Positions 62,182 through 64,000 of a stretch of DNA of 64,000 nucleotides are shown here, in pieces. Location of the stretch: positions 15,713-79,712 of the forward strand of contig CAVXPS010000019.1 of assembly GCA_963763815.1 (NCBI GenBank). Reading direction: 5' to 3'. The notes under the pieces are model-generated. The model was not told the origin of the DNA, searched no databases, and saw nothing but the letters and a program-made list of their open reading frames with translations. Numbering within the stretch: the first letter of the stretch is position 1; every line of letters begins with the position of its first letter. Both the position numbers and the translations under genes were made by a program. Origin of the DNA: an uncultured Actinomycetes bacterium. GTDB taxonomy: Bacteria > Actinomycetota > Thermoleophilia > Gaiellales > Gaiellaceae.

Positions 62182-63036
62182 ATGGACGTACACGTCAACG
62201 GGACACGCCTGTGGTACGACGTCGACGGGCCTCGCGTCGTCCCGGACGGAGAGACGATGCGCGACCGGCCGACGGTCGTTCTCATCCACGGCGGCCCGGG
62301 CAGCTACGACCACTCGTACTTCAAGCCCGATTTCGCGCGTCTCACGCGCGTCGCTCAGGTCGTCTACCTCGACCTGCGTGGCCACGGCCGCTCGGAGTGG
62401 GGAGACCCGAGCGACTGGAGCTTCGAGGCCTGCGCCGACGACATCCGCGCGTTCTGCGACGCGCTCGGGATCGTGCGCCCGGTCGTCCTCGGTCACTCGA
62501 TGGGCGGCTGGATCGTCCTGCTGTACGGCGCCCGCCATCCAGGGCACGCGGGCGCGCTCGTGCTCCAGGGGACCATGGCCCGCTTCGACCTCGAGCGGCT
62601 GGTCGAGGGCTTCCGCCGCGCGGGGGGCGACGAGGTCGCGGAGATCGCGCGACGTGACTTCGGTGAGGAGGCAGTGAGCCCCGACGAGTGGGCGCGCTGC
62701 TTCGCCGCGTTCGGCCCGAACGTGCCGGACGAGGGTCAGCTCGCGCGCAGGATCCGGAATCCGGACGTGGGCCTGCGCGGCATGGACCTCTTCCGGTCGC
62801 TCGACGTCGTCGATCAGCTGCCGAGGATCGACCGGCCGACGCTCGTCTGCGTGGGCGAGCTCGAGGCGGTAACGCCCGTCGAGGCCTCACGCGAGATCGT
62901 GGAAGGCCTCCGCGCCGGGATCTGCCGCTTCGAGATCGTCCCCGGGGCGGGCCACTTCCCGTGGCTCGACGAGCCGGAGCTCTATTTCGGGATCCTCACC
63001 ACGTTCCTGCGCGAAGCGGTCGACCGCGAGGACTAG
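62182..63036 (+). CDS. Alpha/beta hydrolase (proline-iminopeptidase-like)
   Basis: 284 aa with LIHGGPG, the GHSMGG nucleophile elbow and a C-terminal GAGHFP. Confidence 0.88.
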   Translation: MDVHVNGTRLWYDVDGPRVVPDGETMRDRPTVVLIHGGPGSYDHSYFKPDFARLTRVAQVVYLDLRGHGRSEWGDPSDWSFEACADDIRAFCDALGIVRPVVLGHSMGGWIVLLYGARHPGHAGALVLQGTMARFDLERLVEGFRRAGGDEVAEIARRDFGEEAVSPDEWARCFAAFGPNVPDEGQLARRIRNPDVGLRGMDLFRSLDVVDQLPRIDRPTLVCVGELEAVTPVEASREIVEGLRAGICRFEIVPGAGHFPWLDEPELYFGILTTFLREAVDRED

Positions 63037-64000
63037 GCGAAGACCTTGACGTCGCGGTACAGCGTGTCGCGCTGCACCGGGATCTTCCCTGCCGAGCGGA
63101 TGAGGTGCACGAGCTCGTCCGTCGTCGTGCGGTGCGTCGTGCCTGCCGCGGACACGACGTTCTCCTCGATCATCACGGAGCCCATGTCGTCGGCGCCGAA
63201 CGAGAGCGCGACCTGGCCGACCTTCATCCCCTGCGTGACCCAGGACGACTGGATGTGCGGCACGTTGTCGAGGTAGATGCGCGAGACCGCCTGCGTCAGC
63301 AGGTAGTCGAAGGAGGTCGGCCTCGCCTCGTCGGAGACGACGTCGTCCATCCGGTTGCCGTCCCGCTGGAACGTCCAGGAGATGAACGCGCGAAAGCCGC
63401 GGGTCTCGTCCTGGAGCTCGCGGATCCGCCGCATGTGCTCGACCCGCTCCTCGAGCGTCTCGACGTGCCCGTACATCATCGTCGCGGTCGTCGACATGCC
63501 GAGGCGGTGCGCCTGGCGCATGACGTCGAGCCACTCGTCGGTCTTCGTCTTCTTCGGCGCGATGATCCGCCGCACGCGGTCGACGAGGATCTCCGCGCCT
63601 CCGCCCGGAACCGAGTCGAGCCCGGCATCGCGCAGGCGCGTCAGCGTCTCGGCGACGGTCAGCTTGGAACGCCGCGAGACGTGCTGGATCTCGGGCGGCG
63701 AGAGGGCGTGCAGGTGGATCTTGTAGCGCGCCTTGATCGAGCGAAAGAGGTCCTCGTAGTACTCGATCCCGAGGTCGGGGTGGTGCCCGCCCTGCATGAG
63801 CAGGCCGGTGCCGCCGATCGCGAGCGTCTCCTCGATCTTCTTGAAGATGACCGGCTTCGGGAGCAGGTAGCCCTCGCGCTGGTCGCCGGGGCGACGGTAG
63901 AAGGCGCAGAAGTCGCAGTCGGTGACGCAGACGTTCGTGTAGTTCAGGTTCCGGTCGACGATGAACGTGACCCGAGAGGGGTCGGTCATGCGGTTGCGGA
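63033..64000 (-). CDS. mqnC: Radical SAM menaquinone (futalosine pathway) enzyme, MqnC-like cyclic dehypoxanthinyl futalosine synthase; 5' end off window
   Basis: Contains VTFIVDRNLNYTNVCVTDCDFCAFYR (the CxxxCxxC radical SAM motif), GGHHPDL, GGGAEIL, FISWTFQ and DDMGSVMIEENV. The reading frame stays open upstream of the ATG at 63989 to the window end. I cannot exclude MqnE. Confidence 0.78.
   Translation of the reverse strand, partial: RNRMTDPSRVTFIVDRNLNYTNVCVTDCDFCAFYRRPGDQREGYLLPKPVIFKKIEETLAIGGTGLLMQGGHHPDLGIEYYEDLFRSIKARYKIHLHALSPPEIQHVSRRSKLTVAETLTRLRDAGLDSVPGGGAEILVDRVRRIIAPKKTKTDEWLDVMRQAHRLGMSTTATMMYGHVETLEERVEHMRRIRELQDETRGFRAFISWTFQRDGNRMDDVVSDEARPTSFDYLLTQAVSRIYLDNVPHIQSSWVTQGMKVGQVALSFGADDMGSVMIEENVVSAAGTTHRTTTDELVHLIRSAGKIPVQRDTLYRDVKVFA

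Noticed and set aside
1-64000. Mobile elements, prophage, defence islands (RM, TA, CBASS, retrons, etc.), tRNA/rRNA genes and known riboswitches
   Set aside because: I saw no transposase, integrase, recombinase, nuclease/helicase defence-type ORF or terminal inverted repeats of IS type. I also saw no tRNA-like cloverleaf regions. The leaders of hemA, the sulfur operon and the glycan operons showed no motif I recognise as a known riboswitch.

Overview
Densely coding, visibly very GC-rich DNA (third codon positions almost all G/C; GC not computed). The gene content looks actinobacterial: a HemQ-type heme pathway, MMPL, an SSI-like inhibitor and the futalosine gene mqnC. I found no rRNA, tRNA, CRISPR array, transposase, integrase or phage genes. 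Layout: (1) 1-7036, minus strand, a translationally coupled heme operon hemA-hemC-hemD-hemB-hemQ-hemE-hemH, followed by a YcaQ/AlkZ-like glycosylase fragment. (2) 7.2-10.8 kb, a small secreted protein plus hyuA/hyuB. (3) 10.8-22.3 kb, one long minus-strand run: epimerase, DegT aminotransferase, TetR, MFS, MMPL, agmatinase, UPF0104 flippase-like protein, GT2 and a large GT-C-like membrane protein. (4) 22.9-33.4 kb, a plus-strand glycan operon: two ATP-grasp ligases, GT4, priming sugar-phosphate transferase, FemAB-like protein, GT2, deacetylase-like protein, GT, Wzx and a sulfotransferase. (5) 33.4-35.9 kb, ArsR-CDF-methyltransferase and a VOC protein. (6) 35.9-43.0 kb, more envelope genes: PIG-L x2, O-antigen-ligase-like protein, PQQ propeller, a second sulfotransferase, an Ig-like secreted protein and a formyltransferase. 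(7) 43.0-50.1 kb, a minus-strand sulfur operon: FrdA-like flavoprotein, class-I fumarase-like alpha and beta subunits, ComA phosphosulfolactate synthase, Fe-S type CysH, CysC, Sat and TauE. (8) 50.1-64 kb, CBS protein, Fe-ADH, LysR, DUF354, PhoX-like protein, CapD dehydratase, DegT, DedA, NAGPA-domain protein, PQQ sugar dehydrogenase, hydrolase and partial mqnC. Three things stand out. First, a multi-hairpin intercistronic repeat family (three full or near-full copies plus one solo module) exactly fills stop-to-start gaps in minus-strand operons, carries ATGA-coupled mini-ORFs and ends in a hairpin that buries the downstream start codon. Second, the ComA + fumarase-like + fumarate-reductase-like gene set may form an undescribed C3-sulfonate pathway, fed by an APS/PAPS branch that also suits the two sulfotransferases. 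Third, five single-nucleotide frameshifts sit in otherwise intact genes; these are either real pseudogenes or assembly indels.
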